Source: Octopus sinensis (lineage: Eukaryota). Taken from it: DNA of 64,000 nucleotides. Positions 1 through 12,681 of this stretch are shown in pieces. The notes under the pieces are model-generated. The model was not told the origin of the DNA. It searched no databases and saw only the letters and a list, made by a program, of their open reading frames with translations. Where the stretch lies: positions 43,090,001 to 43,154,000 of the forward strand of contig NC_043014.1 in NCBI RefSeq assembly GCF_006345805.1, in the 5' to 3' direction. Positions within the stretch are counted from its first letter, which is position 1; each line of letters begins with the position of its first letter. The position numbers and the translations under genes were made by a program.

Positions 1-74
1 CCATGGTCGTTCATGACCGAAGGGGGGGGGGGTCTTTACTTACTTTATATATATATATATGATGTTGTAAAGTT

Positions 75-250
75 TGGCACGAGGCCAGCAATTTAAGGGG
101 GTTAGTCAGTTTCATCAGCCCCCATTGTTCAACTTGTACTTATTTTATCGACCCCCAAAAATGAAAGGCAAAATCGACCTTGGCAGAGTTTGAACTTAGA
201 ATGTGAAAAAAGGACAAAATATGCCCAAAGTGTTAACAATTCTACCCACT
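75..250 (-). mobile_element. SINE family C, partial and degenerate
   Basis: Carries the core 'acttattttatcgacccc..atgaaaggcaaaatcgacctt..tttgaactt' shared with better copies at 8368, 37412 and 51525. Confidence 0.7.
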
Positions 251-1212
251 CATTATACCTCTATACATATATTAAACACTGTAAACGTTTAACATTTATG
301 AAGATTTTAATTAAAAAGAGAAAGAAAGATGTACCCTTTAACTATTTCTCTACTTCACCAGGGAATGATTTTAACTCCGCTCTAAGTGATTTTGACATGT
401 GTTGCCTCTACTGTTCATTACAAACCAATAGAGTTAAATTGTTAAACCTTTCACTTGTTCCTTCCATATTAAATATGTAGGATGTTCTGTATTGATTGAA
501 GAGAATTTAATTAAACTTTCTACAGACTCATGTATCTATATGCCTGTTTGTTGTTATGAATGTGTATGCTGCATGTCTGTTGCGCATGTGTACAAGTGTG
601 CGCATCTTTGCTATGTATGCGTCCTTCAGACACAGCTATCTTCAATGAAGCATAGACTCCGCTATATTCACCAAAGAAGAGATGAGAGAATCACTAAGTA
701 GATGTAAAAAGGTTGTAACAGGAGTAGGTGTGAAATATTAGCATATTTAAAAACATTAACCATTGAGATTTATTACCCATGGTAGCCATCTGCAGAGAAA
801 AACAACAGTCACATTAGTATTGATGTATTTAATACAGTGACCATCAAAAATCTAATCAGAAATTTATTTATAATTAAATTTTCTTTCTTTGGTGGTGTCT
901 GACAATATTTTCCTAGTTCTCTGTCTTTTCTAACACGTTATCTTTGGTTTTTCTATTCTGTCCATAATATTCTCAAAAGTTTTCAGTAGATACAGACAAA
1001 GCTTAAGGCGCAAACAGGGCTCAGTATAAAGGAATAAGGTTAATTCCTATAAATGGGTTTAATATAATAAATAGATAGAAAATTAATAACCTTATCTGTA
1101 AATTTTATTCGTTAGTTATCCAGTGAAGTCATCAACAATTGTATATAGCATTAATTACAAAGATTTTTCAATTATTATAATAAAGTTAATTCCTATAAAA
1201 GCGTTTGATATA

Positions 1213-1459
1213 CAGGGTGTTCAAAAAGTTTTTCCGCAGTAAGTATTTTTTTTTGCAAATAAATATTTATAAGGTGATGTAGGAAGTATATGCTGTAGCT
1301 CCATCTTGCTGAAAGTATGCATTATTACTTTCCCTTTCAGTGATTTGGCCTACAAATGGATGGACAATATTTGAGCAATATCTCTCAGTGTTGATGGTGT
1401 CTTCAAAAAAATGTACAGGATGAAAAACTTCACTGCCGAGGGACTTTTTGAACGCCTTA
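1213..1459 (-). mobile_element. Small internally deleted Tc1/mariner element
   Basis: Imperfect TIRs (cagggtgttcaaaaagt / taaggcgttcaaaaagt) flanked by TA. The minus strand translates FFEDTINTERYCSNIVHPFVGQITERESNNAYFQQDGATAYT, which contains the FQQDGATAHT-type second catalytic-D motif. Confidence 0.8.
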
Positions 1460-1484
1460 TATTAAATGAATAGGTAATTAATTA

Positions 1485-1506
1485 TCCATACATATAAAGC
1501 TGAAGC

Positions 1507-1545
<39 letters not shown>

Positions 1546-1944
1546 CAGGTTTGGTAGCCTTCAACTAACACTATCTCCTCCGAGACCCTGTGGCACAAGT
1601 TGACCAAAATTGAGAGTATGATAGAAGGCTTGCTCTTCATTCCATAGAAGAAAAAAATTCAAATCGGACCATGTTAAGATCAAAAATTATTTACATAAAA
1701 AAGGTGCTTTTTTTCTATGAAAATCCCTATTTTTTACGATTTTTTGACTGCTGTGTCACCATTTTACGGTGCATTTCAACCAGAAAAATGTTTACTTGAA
1801 GAGAATAATAAGCTACATAATGCAAAATTTTTACTTTTCAAAAAAGATTGAAACTATGTCAAAACTTTGTTAATGTGACATCAAAGTCTGCTGTTTTAAG
1901 CGCTACTAAAAACAAACCTGAGCAACGCTGGGCTATACTGCTAG
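1485..1944 (+). mobile_element. Non-autonomous Helitron-like element
   Basis: A|TC start, subterminal hairpin 'cctgagcaacgctggg', CTAG|T end. Homologous to the inverted copy at 11035-11423. Confidence 0.7.
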
Positions 1945-2546
1945 TTAAGCTGTAAAGGATCAAAGTTTCTATTAATTATAACATTCATTCCAATAGTTTT
2001 TATTCCTTAATCATCCAGCAATGTCATCAATAATTGTATATAAAAACGCTCATTTTTGGGGGTTAGTTTTTTTAAGATTATTTTTTCATGTAGATTTCAA
2101 ATTGTCAAAAGATACAGAATTAGCATGGCATTTTTTATTCTTTATTTGGATTCCATCATTGATAAACTGTGAAGTCTTCAATAATTAAATGTCTTTTCTT
2201 AAATACTTTTATATTCTATTTTCTTTTGGGGGGGGGGGGGGCTATTTTTAGTTTTAGTTTTAGTTTCATAAAATAAATTAGTTATTCAACGATATCGCTA
2301 TCGATGAACGAATGACTGTCTTAAGATGAATTTAATTTAGGCATTTCTTTTTCTTAGCATTTATTAACTGCTAAAATTTTTCAGATGTTCAGTTGGAATT
2401 TCACCAATTTCAGTTTCCTTGATAATGTTGTGTTGACATATATTTTTGAAGATATTATTAATTTTAATAATATTGTTTATATATAGGCACTGGCGTGGCT
2501 GTGTGATATATATTTTGAGTTTGATTCCAGGCAGTGACCTGAATAA

Positions 2547-2902
2547 TCTTTATATATAAAAGTGAGGTTGTGATCTGTCTGTCTCCTACGATTTAGATTC
2601 CTAACTACTCCCACATTTTGCGGTGCAGTTTAACCAAAACCGTGTATCTTATAGTCGTGATTCATATCGAGCCCTTCTGGGTATTAGCACATGTCTACGA
2701 TGAGTCTACGATTTAAAAAAAATTTACCATCAATTTTTCCCATTTTTAATGCATTTTTGGCATATATAAGGGAAGTAACTCTCTAACACCCCCCCCCCTT
2801 TGTGGTTAGCCATATTGAGATGGCTATTATACTTAACATCTCTAAAAATGCTTATATAGTTATTTCCCTTACAAACCCGATCAATGCCGGGCAATACTGC
2901 TA

Positions 2903-2903
<1 letters not shown>
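2547..2903 (+). mobile_element. Non-autonomous Helitron-like element, second family
   Basis: A|TCTTTATATATAAAA start, subterminal 'cccgatcaatgccggg' hairpin, CTAG|T end running into (TAA)n. Confidence 0.7.
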
Positions 2904-2936
<33 letters not shown>

Positions 2937-2938
<2 letters not shown>

Positions 2939-3490
2939 CCCTGATGCAGTACCAGGCAGTGGCTCTCATGGCTTCTGATCTTAACTGATTGGAAGTGTTA
3001 TCATGTACATTGTTTTGTCTTGGTATAAAAGATGGGCTACAGCAAATATTCTGCTCAATACCACAGATTTGCTTGTCAGTTGTTTGACCTTAACCAGTTG
3101 AGCATGTCCCTTAGTGGCTGACGATATGTGCATCTCTGATCACGAGCAGAAGTAGTGGGGTAGCATCATAGCCATGTGTTGAGAGGGATTCTTTGGGGTT
3201 TGAATAATTCACCTCTGGAAACATGGGTGGTTCTTTCAACATCCTTAAACAACCCTTATTCGGGACCTTTTGAGCGGGATGGGCTACTCACCTGAAGAAA
3301 ATTCTAACTGGGCCCCACCTGCAAGGTCATGTGCTGTTTATCTTGATATGAGATCACCATGTCGCGCACATATGGTTGTGATGCATGTGCCTGGTGTACC
3401 TTTATCAGACGGGTAGTCATGATGGGTATATTGGGCTTCGTATATTTTACCCCAGTGTCACTTTGATGGCATGCACTGCTCTCTCACTCA
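2937..3490. mobile_element. ~550-bp probable interspersed repeat between two (TAA)n tracts, class unassigned
   Basis: GC-richer non-coding block bounded on both sides by (ATA)n, with no ORF. Only one copy in this window, so repeat status rests on recall of similar cephalopod repeats. Confidence 0.45.
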
Positions 3491-3582
3491 ATAATAATAA
3501 TAATAATAATTATGATAATAACAAAAACAACAACATCGAAAAATACCTTAGGAATGAGAACCCAGGTTCGAAATTTTCCCTA

Positions 3583-3628
3583 GACACCTGATGAAGGCTG
3601 GAGAGTATATCAGCTGAAACGTTGTGTT
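3583..3628 (+). ncRNA. Minimal type I hammerhead ribozyme motif (Penelope-like)
   Basis: GACAC-CUGAUGA-A-GGCUG[gagaguauau]CAGCU-GAAAC-GUU-GUGUU. Stem I is GACAC/GUGUU, stem II is GGCUG/CAGCU, and stem III is the palindrome ACGU. Confidence 0.7.
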
Positions 3629-3764
3629 AACAACAAACAAAATGAGGACAAATATCTGTCTAATGTAAATAATGTAAACAATTTCTCTCAAACATAGAAC
3701 AGCTGTATATTCTTCTGCTGATGCTACTATGATTCTTTGAAGAAAGGAAGTTAATATAGGCACA

Positions 3765-4515
3765 GGCACAGGTGTGGTTGTGTGGTAAATAGCTTGCTTC
3801 CCAACCACATGGTTCTTGGTTCAGTCCCACCATGTGGCACGTTGGGCAAGTGTCTTCTACTATAGCTTTGGATTGACCAAAGCCTTGTAAGAAGATTTAG
3901 TTGATGGAAACTGAAAGAAGCCCATTGTATATATATATATATTATAATAATAATAATAACAATAATAATAATAAAGGGTAAAATTAATTAATTAATTAAT
4001 AATTAATAATTTTACCAAGTAGTTTGGTATGTTAAAAAACCATTATCGGTAAACTTAAACAAACTTTTTTATAATTATGAGTATAATTATAATTAGGGTT
4101 CAGCAAAAATTTGCTTCACCACATACTGGAATTTAGAAATAGCAGTTAAAACTAACTATTTCGCTACCATAAGAAAATCTCCCAGACAACAATTTCTTAT
4201 AGTAGCAAAATAGTTAGTTTTAACTGCTATTTCTAAATTTCATTATGTGGTGAAGCAAATTTTTGCTGAACCCTAATTATAATTACACTCATATACATAT
4301 ACATATATATATACATATATATTTATGCGTGTGTGTGTCTGTTCTTGACAACAGATGTTGGTGTATTTACCTCCCTGAAACTTAGCAGTTTGGCAAAAGA
4401 GGCTTATGGAATAAGTACTAGGCTTACAAAATATAAGTCCTGCGGTGGGGTCAATTTGTTTGACTAAACGCAGTGCTCCAGCAAATGGCTGAAACAAGTA
4501 AAAGAATATAAGAAT
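3765..4515 (+). mobile_element. SINE family B (tRNA-like head, CORE-like box), split by a microsatellite and a foldback insertion
   Basis: Head 3765-3930 ('gtggttgtgtggtaaatagcttgc..ttgggcaagtgtcttctactatagc') and tail 4320-4515 match intact copies such as 21947-22360. Confidence 0.8.
4076..4293. repeat. Foldback/MITE-like palindrome, ~100-bp arms
   Basis: tatgagtataattataattagggttcagcaaaaatttgcttcaccacata... is the reverse complement of ...tatgtggtgaagcaaatttttgctgaaccctaattataattacactcata; spacer ~15-20 bp. Confidence 0.85.
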
Positions 4516-5084
4516 AAAAGAATAGGTTGTTGAGATTCTATTGGTTAACTTTTCAATGTCTTTGTTAGAAACCAACTTGGAAATGTGGTACAGACAATGT
4601 TTTTCCAGAATATTATTACTAGAACTAAAGCAGAAAATAAAATCTTTAGCAAACTTTGAGTGTCAAAAATGTTCTCGTTTGAACTTAGCACTTTGAATCT
4701 GAAGAACAACATGTTGCCATGGAAATGTGCAGCCAAAAACGTCACATGATTTCTATGTTTTACACTTAGCTGCCTGTGTTAGACAGAATATAACACGACT
4801 AAGATATGTAGATTTATACACACTTAGTCACACAGTCATACAACAAAAATATGTACCATATACAAATGCATATAGAAAACATATATAGGATACATGCACA
4901 CTTCCAAATACAAACATACACATACATATGTACACACACACACTCACACACACACACATGTATACTTACAGGCATGTGCACACATATTTATATATTTTCA
5001 TATAGCTTGCACGTATCTTATGCTACAGAATGATGCAGTCATACTAAAAAAAGGTACAGTTTTATATATATTGAAAAAATAATT

Positions 5085-5140
5085 ATGTGTGTGTGTGTGT
5101 GTACATACACATACATTTGTATATATATATATGTAAATAC

Positions 5141-5171
<31 letters not shown>

Positions 5172-5297
5172 TACACACATATACATACACAACACACACA
5201 CACACACACTCATGCACATACAAATAGATAGATAATTAGATATACATGCACATATATATAGATACACATATAAACATGCACTATGTTTATTATATAT

Positions 5298-5340
<43 letters not shown>

Positions 5341-5385
5341 TAATTTATACATATATATATTTATATATATATATTATAATATATA

Positions 5386-5425
<40 letters not shown>

Positions 5426-5430
5426 TATAT
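5085..5430. repeat. (TG)n/(TA)n/(CA)n compound microsatellite
   Basis: Direct inspection. Confidence 0.95.
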
Positions 5431-7285
5431 TTGGGTCCACCAGGGTTCAGTACTCAGCCCCCTCCTATTTATCATAGTACTCCAGGCAATTACGGAGGAA
5501 TTCAAGACAGCTGTCCCTGGGAGCTCCTCTACGCTGACGACCTTGCTCTTATTGCTGATCACTATCAGAACTGGAGGAGAAGTTCCAGGTGTGGAAGGAG
5601 GGTTTAGAATCAAGGGGCCTTAGAGTCAACCTAGCTAAAACCAAAGTACTAATAAGTAGAAAGGTAGACAATCCACAAATATCTTCAGGAAGATGGCCCT
5701 GCTCGATCTGTAGAAAAGGTGTAGGTAGAAACTCTATAAATGTACCCAGTGTAAGCTATGGACACATAAGAGGTGCAGCAATGTCAAAGGTAGGCTAACT
5801 GGGAAGATAGTTTTTGTATGTGGCAGATGCTCGGGAGCATTAACCTCCGAAAATCTGCAGAAAACAACTTCCGTCACTTTCCGGGGGAAAAACTAGAAGT
5901 AGTTGATAGCTTCCGTTATCTAGGTGACCAAGTCAGTAGTGGGGGGTGGGTGCGCTGAAAGTGTAACTGCTAGAATAAGAATAGCCTGGGCAAAGTTTAG
6001 GGAGCTCTTACCTCTGCTGGTGACTAAAGGCCTCTCGCTCAGAGTAAAGGGCAGACTGTATGATGCGTGTGTACGAACAGCCATGCTACATGGCAGCGAA
6101 ACATGGGCTGTGACTGCTGAGGACTGCGTAAGCTCGTGAGGAATGAAGCCAGTATGCTCCGATGGATGTGTAATGTCAGTGTACATACTCGACAGAGCGT
6201 TAGCACCTTGAGAGAAATGTTGTACCTAAGAAGCATCAGTTGTGGTGTGCAAGAGAGACGATTGCGCTGGTATGGTCATGTGGCGAGAATGGATGAAGAT
6301 AGGTGTGTGAGAAAGTGCCAATCCCTAGCAGTTGAGGGAACCCGTGGAAGAGGTAGACCCAGGAAAACCTGGGACGAGGTGGTGAAGCACGACCATCGAA
6401 CTTTAGGCCTCACTGAGGAAATGACCAGAGACCGAGACCTTTGGAAATATTCTGTACGTGAGAAGACCAGGCAGGACAAGTGAGCCCAGCCCACTTATGA
6501 ATGCCTTTCCTCCTTGGACACAAAGACCGGTTGAGGCAAGCGAAGTCGATATAGAACCTCATCCGACGACAGACACCCATCCCAACCCCCCATGCTTGCG
6601 AAGACATGTTGGGGCAAGCGAAATCGAAATCGAAATCGAAACCGAATTGAACCAGCCAGGATCCTGGCCTGGTGGTACGTAAAAAGCACTATCCGACTCG
6701 GGGCCGTGGCACGTAAAATACTCCAATGCGACCGTACGACAGGCACCCATGCCAACCCCCTTTGCTTGTGAAGACATGTTGGGGCAAGCGAATCGAAATC
6801 GAATTGAACCAGCCAGATCCCTGTCTGGTGGTACGTAAAGCACTATCCGACTCGTGGCCGTGGCACGTAAAATACTCCAATGCGACCGTACGACAGGCAC
6901 CCTTGCCAACCCCCTTGCTTGTGAAGACATGTTGGGGCAAGCGAAATCGAAATCGAATTGAACCAGCCAGGATCCCTGGTCTGGTGGTACGTAAAAGCAC
7001 TATCCGACTCGTGGCCGATGCCAGCACCGCCTCGACTGGCTTCCGTGCTGGTGGCACATAAAATACACCAATCTGACCGTGGCCGTTGCCAGCCCCGCCT
7101 GGCACCTGTGCAGGTGGCACGTAAAAAGCACCCACTACACTCACGGAGTGGTTGGCGTTAGGAAGGGCATCCAGCTGTAGAAACATTGCCAAATTAGACT
7201 GGAGCCTGGTGCAGCCTTCTGGCTTCCCAGAACCCCGGTCGAACCGTCCAACCCATGCTAGCATGGAGAACGGACGTTAAACGAC
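5431..7285 (+). mobile_element. 5'-truncated RTE-clade LINE (RT C-terminal half, 3' UTR, (GAT)n tail); frameshifted
   Basis: Starts at GVHQGSVLSPLLFIIV, includes LLYADDL, and continues in ORF-track pieces WKEGLESRGLRVNLAKTKV, ARIRIAWAKFRELLP and RRLRWYGHVARM..GRGRPRKTW..KTRQDK* (6483). Both flanks are (TA)n. Confidence 0.95.
6577..7015 (+). repeat. ~155-170-bp unit x ~2.7 inside the RTE 3' UTR
   Basis: 'gaagacatgttggggcaagcgaaatcgaaatcgaattgaaccagccag..gtggtacgtaaaagcactatccgactcg' recurs near 6600, 6771 and 6924. Confidence 0.9.
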
Positions 7286-7708
7286 GATGATGATGATGAT
7301 GATGATATACATATATATATATCTATATATATATACATATATATATATATGCATATATACATATATACATATATATTTATATACACATATATATACACAC
7401 ACACACACATATATATATAATTAAAACCAAATCATTTAAATATGTATTTCAATTATTGGTTGGTTCAAGCAGCTACATAAAATAGGGTAAAAGCCATGAC
7501 TCAGTAGAAAGGCTAATTAAATTCTTGTCAATCAATAACGACACATCCTACATATTTAATATATAAGAAACAAGGGAAAGTTTAAAAATCTCATAACTCA
7601 GTTTACCATTAACAGGGGAGGTAATATATGTCTCAGTCACTTAAAGCAAGAATAAAAATCATCCCCAATGTTGTACAGGAATGAATGAAGGATACATTCT
7701 TCTTTAGT

Positions 7709-8095
7709 GGAGGCGCAATGGCCCAGTGATTAGGGCAGCGGACTCGCGGTTGGAGGATCGCAGTTTCGATTCCCAGACCAGGTGTTGTGTGTGTTTATTG
7801 AGCGAAAACACCTAAAGCTCCACGAGGCTCCGGCAGGGATGATGGTGATCACTGCTGTACTCTTTCGCCTCAACTTTCTCTCACTCCACTCTTACTTCCT
7901 GTTTCTGTTGTACCTGTATTTCAAGGGGCCGGTCTTGTCACTCTCTGTGTCACGCTGAATATCTCTGAGAACTACGTTAAGGGTGCACGTGTCTGTGGAG
8001 TTCTCAGCCACTTACACGTTAATTTCATGAGCAGGCTGTTCCAATGATTCGGATCAACAGGAACCCTCATCGTCATAACCGACGGAGTGCTTCCA
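7709..8095 (+). mobile_element. SINE family A (tRNA-derived head), full length
   Basis: A-box 'ggcgcaatggcccagtgattagg', B-box 'gtttcgattccc'; body and 3' end 'aaccgacggagtgcttcca' shared with 24938, 30839 and 38535. Confidence 0.9.
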
Positions 8096-8367
8096 TCCAC
8101 ATTCTTCTTTCATTTTCCATTGGGAGCTTTCATTAATTTTTTACCTGTGTCTAATATATGATGGTAGGTAAGGCTATGTAAGCATCATGGGAAGATTGTA
8201 GTTAGACTCTTGATTCAATAATAATATGAGTGAGTAGTCTGATATGGGTCTTGTGTGAGCATGTATGTTATAAAAAATGAGACAACAAAACCATGGAATT
8301 TATGTCTACACACTGTCCACTTGTAATAACAAAATAGGAACTCCTATTGAAATCTATATACCTATTT

Positions 8368-8601
8368 CTATTTCTTTACTACCCATAAGGGGCTAAACAC
8401 AGAGAGGACAAACAAGGACAGACAAACGGATTAAGTCGATTACATTGACCCCAGTGCGTAACTGGTACTTAATTTATTGACCCTGAAAGGATGAAAGGCA
8501 AAGTCGACCTCGGTGCAATTTGAACTCAGAACGTAGCAGCAGACGAAATACCGCAAAGCATTTCGCCCAGCGTGCTAACGTTTCTGCCAGCTCACCGCCT
8601 T
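8368..8601 (-). mobile_element. SINE family C, full length
   Basis: Minus strand reads 'aaggcggtgagctggcagaaacgttagcacgc..gaggtcgactttgcctttcatcctttc..aagtaccag'. Confidence 0.9.
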
Positions 8602-8815
8602 ATTGGACTCTACATACCATGGATAAGAAGCATTTCTACCCATTCTACATACCACTTTCCTTGGATAATGGAACTGCAACTGTAACATCCTACATATACT
8701 TTTCCTTTTATTTTTATTCCCTTATTTCCCTTTATACTTCCTATATCCACCCTTTTCCAAAATAACTCCTTATATTGAACTCTACTATTTCCCTCTAGTT
8801 AAACTCTCTCATATT

Positions 8816-8863
8816 GTCTCTGATGAAGGGATATCCCTAATATCCCAGAAACAGCTGTAAGGC
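8816..8863 (+). ncRNA. Type I hammerhead-like motif (variant, A.A at base of stem II)
   Basis: GUCU-CUGAUGA-A-GGGAUA[ucccuaa]UAUCCC-A-GAAAC-AGCU-GUA-AGGC. Stem I is GUCU/AGGC with one G.U pair; stem III is the palindrome ACAGCUGU. Confidence 0.6.
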
Positions 8864-9499
8864 TACCTTTCTCTTTATAAATGTCCTATAAATTCCACAG
8901 AGCCTTGACTTTGTTGTCTCATATATATATATATATATAAGGATTGACACAGAAAACAGTGTACTCAACGTCCCCCTGAAGAATTCCTAATGTAGATCCA
9001 ACGATCAAACTCCATTTACCACAGATGATGTCTGGTAGCCGTAAGTGGTGAATGTACTCTGCTGGCACACTACTAGGGGCATATCCAAATTAAGGTTTGG
9101 ATGCTAAATTTTTAAATTTCATATCTAAACTTTAATATTAATTATAACATATATATATATATATATAAAGATAAGATCCAGGGATCAAAGTGTAGGAAAA
9201 TATTAAGTTTTGAGCAGTCTGTAGAATTTATAAAACAACAACTTTCAGGAACAATAGTGGTTTATTGATGTAGAAGGTCGTACATTTTTCCTATATTGAA
9301 ATGTGATAGATTGAAAAACGCTATTTTATAGTTCATAGTTAGCAACTGAGGTTGCTGTGTATAGGAATAAAAATCCAAATTTAGGCAATGGAGTTAGGTA
9401 AAACCGAGGCTACATATACTTCCTAGCTATCAGAATTTTGGAAGTGGTAGCTACTCGAATGAAGGGTATTCCACTAGCTATTTTGTTGTCTCATTCCCT

Positions 9500-9775
9500 A
9501 CTAAATGGAAATTGTAATCATACTAATGTAGCATAAAAAGGCATTGTTCAGAATTCATATAACTATTAAATATAACTATTAATATAACTATAAATATTAA
9601 ATATAACTATTAAATAAGTACTACTATAGATTTTAAAACAAAATTTTATGTGCATTGTAATTCATTTTCTCTTGAGAAACTTAAGAACTAGCTCGCTTGA
9701 AAAAATATTTTGTCATAGATTTAAGGGTATAAGTTATAACTTAGAATATTCTATGTTAGATTCTGCTACACAGTT
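9500..9775 (+). mobile_element. Degenerate Penelope-like GIY-YIG remnant, paralogous to 14415-14800
   Basis: 'ttttaaaacaaaattttatgtgcattgtaattcattttct..gaaacttaagaactagctc' aligns by eye with 14527-14600. Confidence 0.6.
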
Positions 9776-9959
9776 ATATATTGATAGTAGGAAAACTGTT
9801 ATACATTGATAGTAGGATACTAAATGAGGCTTGAGTAAAGAAGGAGAATTTAGCTGTTGGCTGGATAGATTAGAGGAAGGCTTACAACTGTGTTCCACAC
9901 TGCTGGATCTTAGAGTGCCTAAGGACAATCAGAATCAATGAGGATATAAACAGCTTTTT

Positions 9960-10400
9960 GGGAAAAGCAATGAGAGCATGGGAAGAAGAAATGACATGCA
10001 TAAATGAGTTATTAGGAAATGGGAAAATATGCAAGTAAATTTTTCAAGGAGACTAGCTTACTCTCCATTACTCTTCACCATTGTGTTAATCCATTTGGCA
10101 AGTATAATGAGAAAATCTGGGACTGCTTATATGTTTACCAAAACCATGTTGAGAATGAATCCCCTGCTTTATACAGATGAGCTCAAATTTTATATACAAA
10201 ATATGAAAAATATTTGGATTTTCTGATCCAAGCTGGAAGAATATTCTGCAAAAAATATTAGAATGCAATTTAGGGTGAACAAGTGAGTAGTGCTAATTAT
10301 GAAGAAAGGGTGGAAGAGATAACTCTGATGGCATTAAAATTACCACGAGAGACAACATCGTTAGATTGCTGTGGAATAATGAGGGATAAAAATACCCAGC
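9960..10400 (+). mobile_element. Degenerate non-LTR RT remnant (R4/Dong-like)
   Basis: Frameshifted IFQGD..SPLLFTIVLIHLASIMRKSGTAYMFTKTMLRMNPLLYTDELKFY..RMQFRVNK..IMKKG..GIKLP, resembling the QGDSLSPLLF...LLFMDDLKLY...GMxFGxxKC layout of restriction-like-endonuclease LINEs. Confidence 0.65.
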
Positions 10401-10819
10401 AAATTTAGGGGTGGAGGTAAGTTGATTATAGTGACCCCAGTATTCAACTGGTACTTATTTTATCAACCCTAGAAGGATGCAAAACAAAGTCAACCTCAGC
10501 AGAATTTGAACTCAGACCATAATGAGCCAGAAGAAATAATTATAAAAATAATAATAATGATGATGATGATGATAATAATAATAATATTAATAATAATAAT
10601 AATAATAATAATAATTTTTTAAATGCATATTTTATCTGTGAATTTGCATGTGTAATCTGGGAATGTATACAATGAGCTTCTCTGCCTTAGGTGTATGGAA
10701 AACACTTGGTGAGAAACTGAAGAAAATTTGAAGAAAGAAGGAAAAACATAATAATAATAATAATAATAATAACAATAATAATAATAATAATAATAATAAC
10801 CTCTTCTACTATAGACACA

Positions 10820-11008
10820 AGGCCAAAAATTTTGAGGGAGGAGACCAGTTGATTAGATCGACCCTCAGCACACAACTGGTACTTAATTTATCAACCCTGA
10901 AAGGATGTATCGACCTCGGCGGGACTTGAACCGAGAATGTAAAAGACAGACGAAATACCGCTAAGAATTTTGCCCAGCGTGCTAATGATTCTACCAGCTT
11001 GCTTCCTT
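10820..11008 (-). mobile_element. SINE family C; a further fragment lies at 10435-10530
   Basis: 'caactggtacttaatttatcaaccctgaaaggatg..cgacctcggc..gacgaaataccgctaag'. Confidence 0.85.
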
Positions 11009-11034
11009 TATAATAATGATTATAATAATAATAA

Positions 11035-11423
11035 CTAGCTGTATTGTCTGGCGTTGCTCGGGTTTGTTTCAACCCTTTAGAATTGGAATTTTTGAAAAGT
11101 AAAAATTTTGCATTATGTAGCTTGTTATTCTCTTTAAGTGAACATTTTTCTGGTTGAAATACACCGAAAAATGGTGACACAGCAGTAAAAAAATCGTAAA
11201 AAATAGGGATTTTCATAGAAAATGGCAACTTTTTGATGTAAATAATTTTGGGTGATAACGTGGTTCGATTTGAATTTTTTCTTCTACGGAAGGAAGAGCA
11301 AGCCTTCTTTCATACTTTCAATTTTGGTCAACTTGTGCCGCAGGGTCTCGGAGGAGATAGTGTTAGTTGAAGGCTACCAAAACCTGCCATACACAGACAA
11401 CTTCAGCTTTATATATATTGAGA
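11035..11423 (-). mobile_element. Non-autonomous Helitron-like element, same family as 1485-1944
   Basis: Minus strand: A|TCTCAATATATATAAAGCTGAAG ... cccgagcaacgccag hairpin ... CTAG|T. Inserted in (TAA)n. Confidence 0.75.
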
Positions 11424-11799
11424 TAATAACAACAATAATAATAATAAATAATAATAATAATTAATAATAATAATAACAATAACAATAACAATAATAAAGA
11501 TAAAATAATGGTAATGTCTGGCCTTAGCACTTATTAGCCTTGCTCACCTGGATTTCAACATTGCAAGAAAACTTTAGAGATAGTGGACAAGCTTATGAAG
11601 TAAAACCTGATTAGTCTTAATTAGTATTCCAATCTGTCCAATGATCTTTATCCTTATATGTAGTTAATTGCTTTAGCTACTCTTGGAAAACTAATTGGTA
11701 GATATACCATGATGAAATTGTGCTCTCTCTCTCACTCATACGGACACACAACACAAACAAACATACTTACATAATTTATTTCCATCTCCTCACAGACAT

Positions 11800-11844
11800 T
11801 AAACGTGTATGCATATATATATCTACATCTAAATCTATATCTAT

Positions 11845-11901
<57 letters not shown>

Positions 11902-12086
11902 ATGTATATAGATATAGATATAGAATATAATGTTATATATAATATTATATATATATACACATACACACATATATATGTACATACATTTATATATACATAT
12001 ATATATATATACATATATATATATATGCATATATATATATATACACACACACATATATATATATATACATACACACACACACACAT

Positions 12087-12145
<59 letters not shown>

Positions 12146-12647
12146 TAGAGAGACAGATAGATCGATAGATAGATATAGATGATATATAGATGAGATAGAA
12201 GATAGATAATAGAGAGAGATAGAGAGACATATAATCGATAGATAGATATAATAATATGTACATATTTATACCTTTACTTATATAAATAAGTTTCTGCTTT
12301 CTACACATCCATATGAACACACACACACACACTCACACTCACACTCACACACATACTGTCTCTCTCACTCAAATATACAAATATATTTTGGTGATGACGA
12401 TGGTGGTGGCATTGGTACCGGTGGCAAACAGTGATGGTGAGATGATGATGATGATGATTATGATGATGATGATGATGATGAGGAGGAGAAGGAGGAGGAG
12501 GAGGAGGAGGAAGATGAGGAGTAGGAAGAGGAGCAGGATAAGCTTACACCAGACACATGTATTTACAACATTCCTCGCAGAAAACACACCATCACCCACA
12601 AAGACACATTACAGATATATATATATATATATATACTATATATGTGT

Positions 12648-12681
<34 letters not shown>

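Noticed and set aside
7709-7785. tRNA gene-like sequences here and at 18786, 23255, 24938, 31140 and 38850
   Set aside because: A and B boxes are present, but they run directly into SINE bodies or lack a proper cloverleaf.
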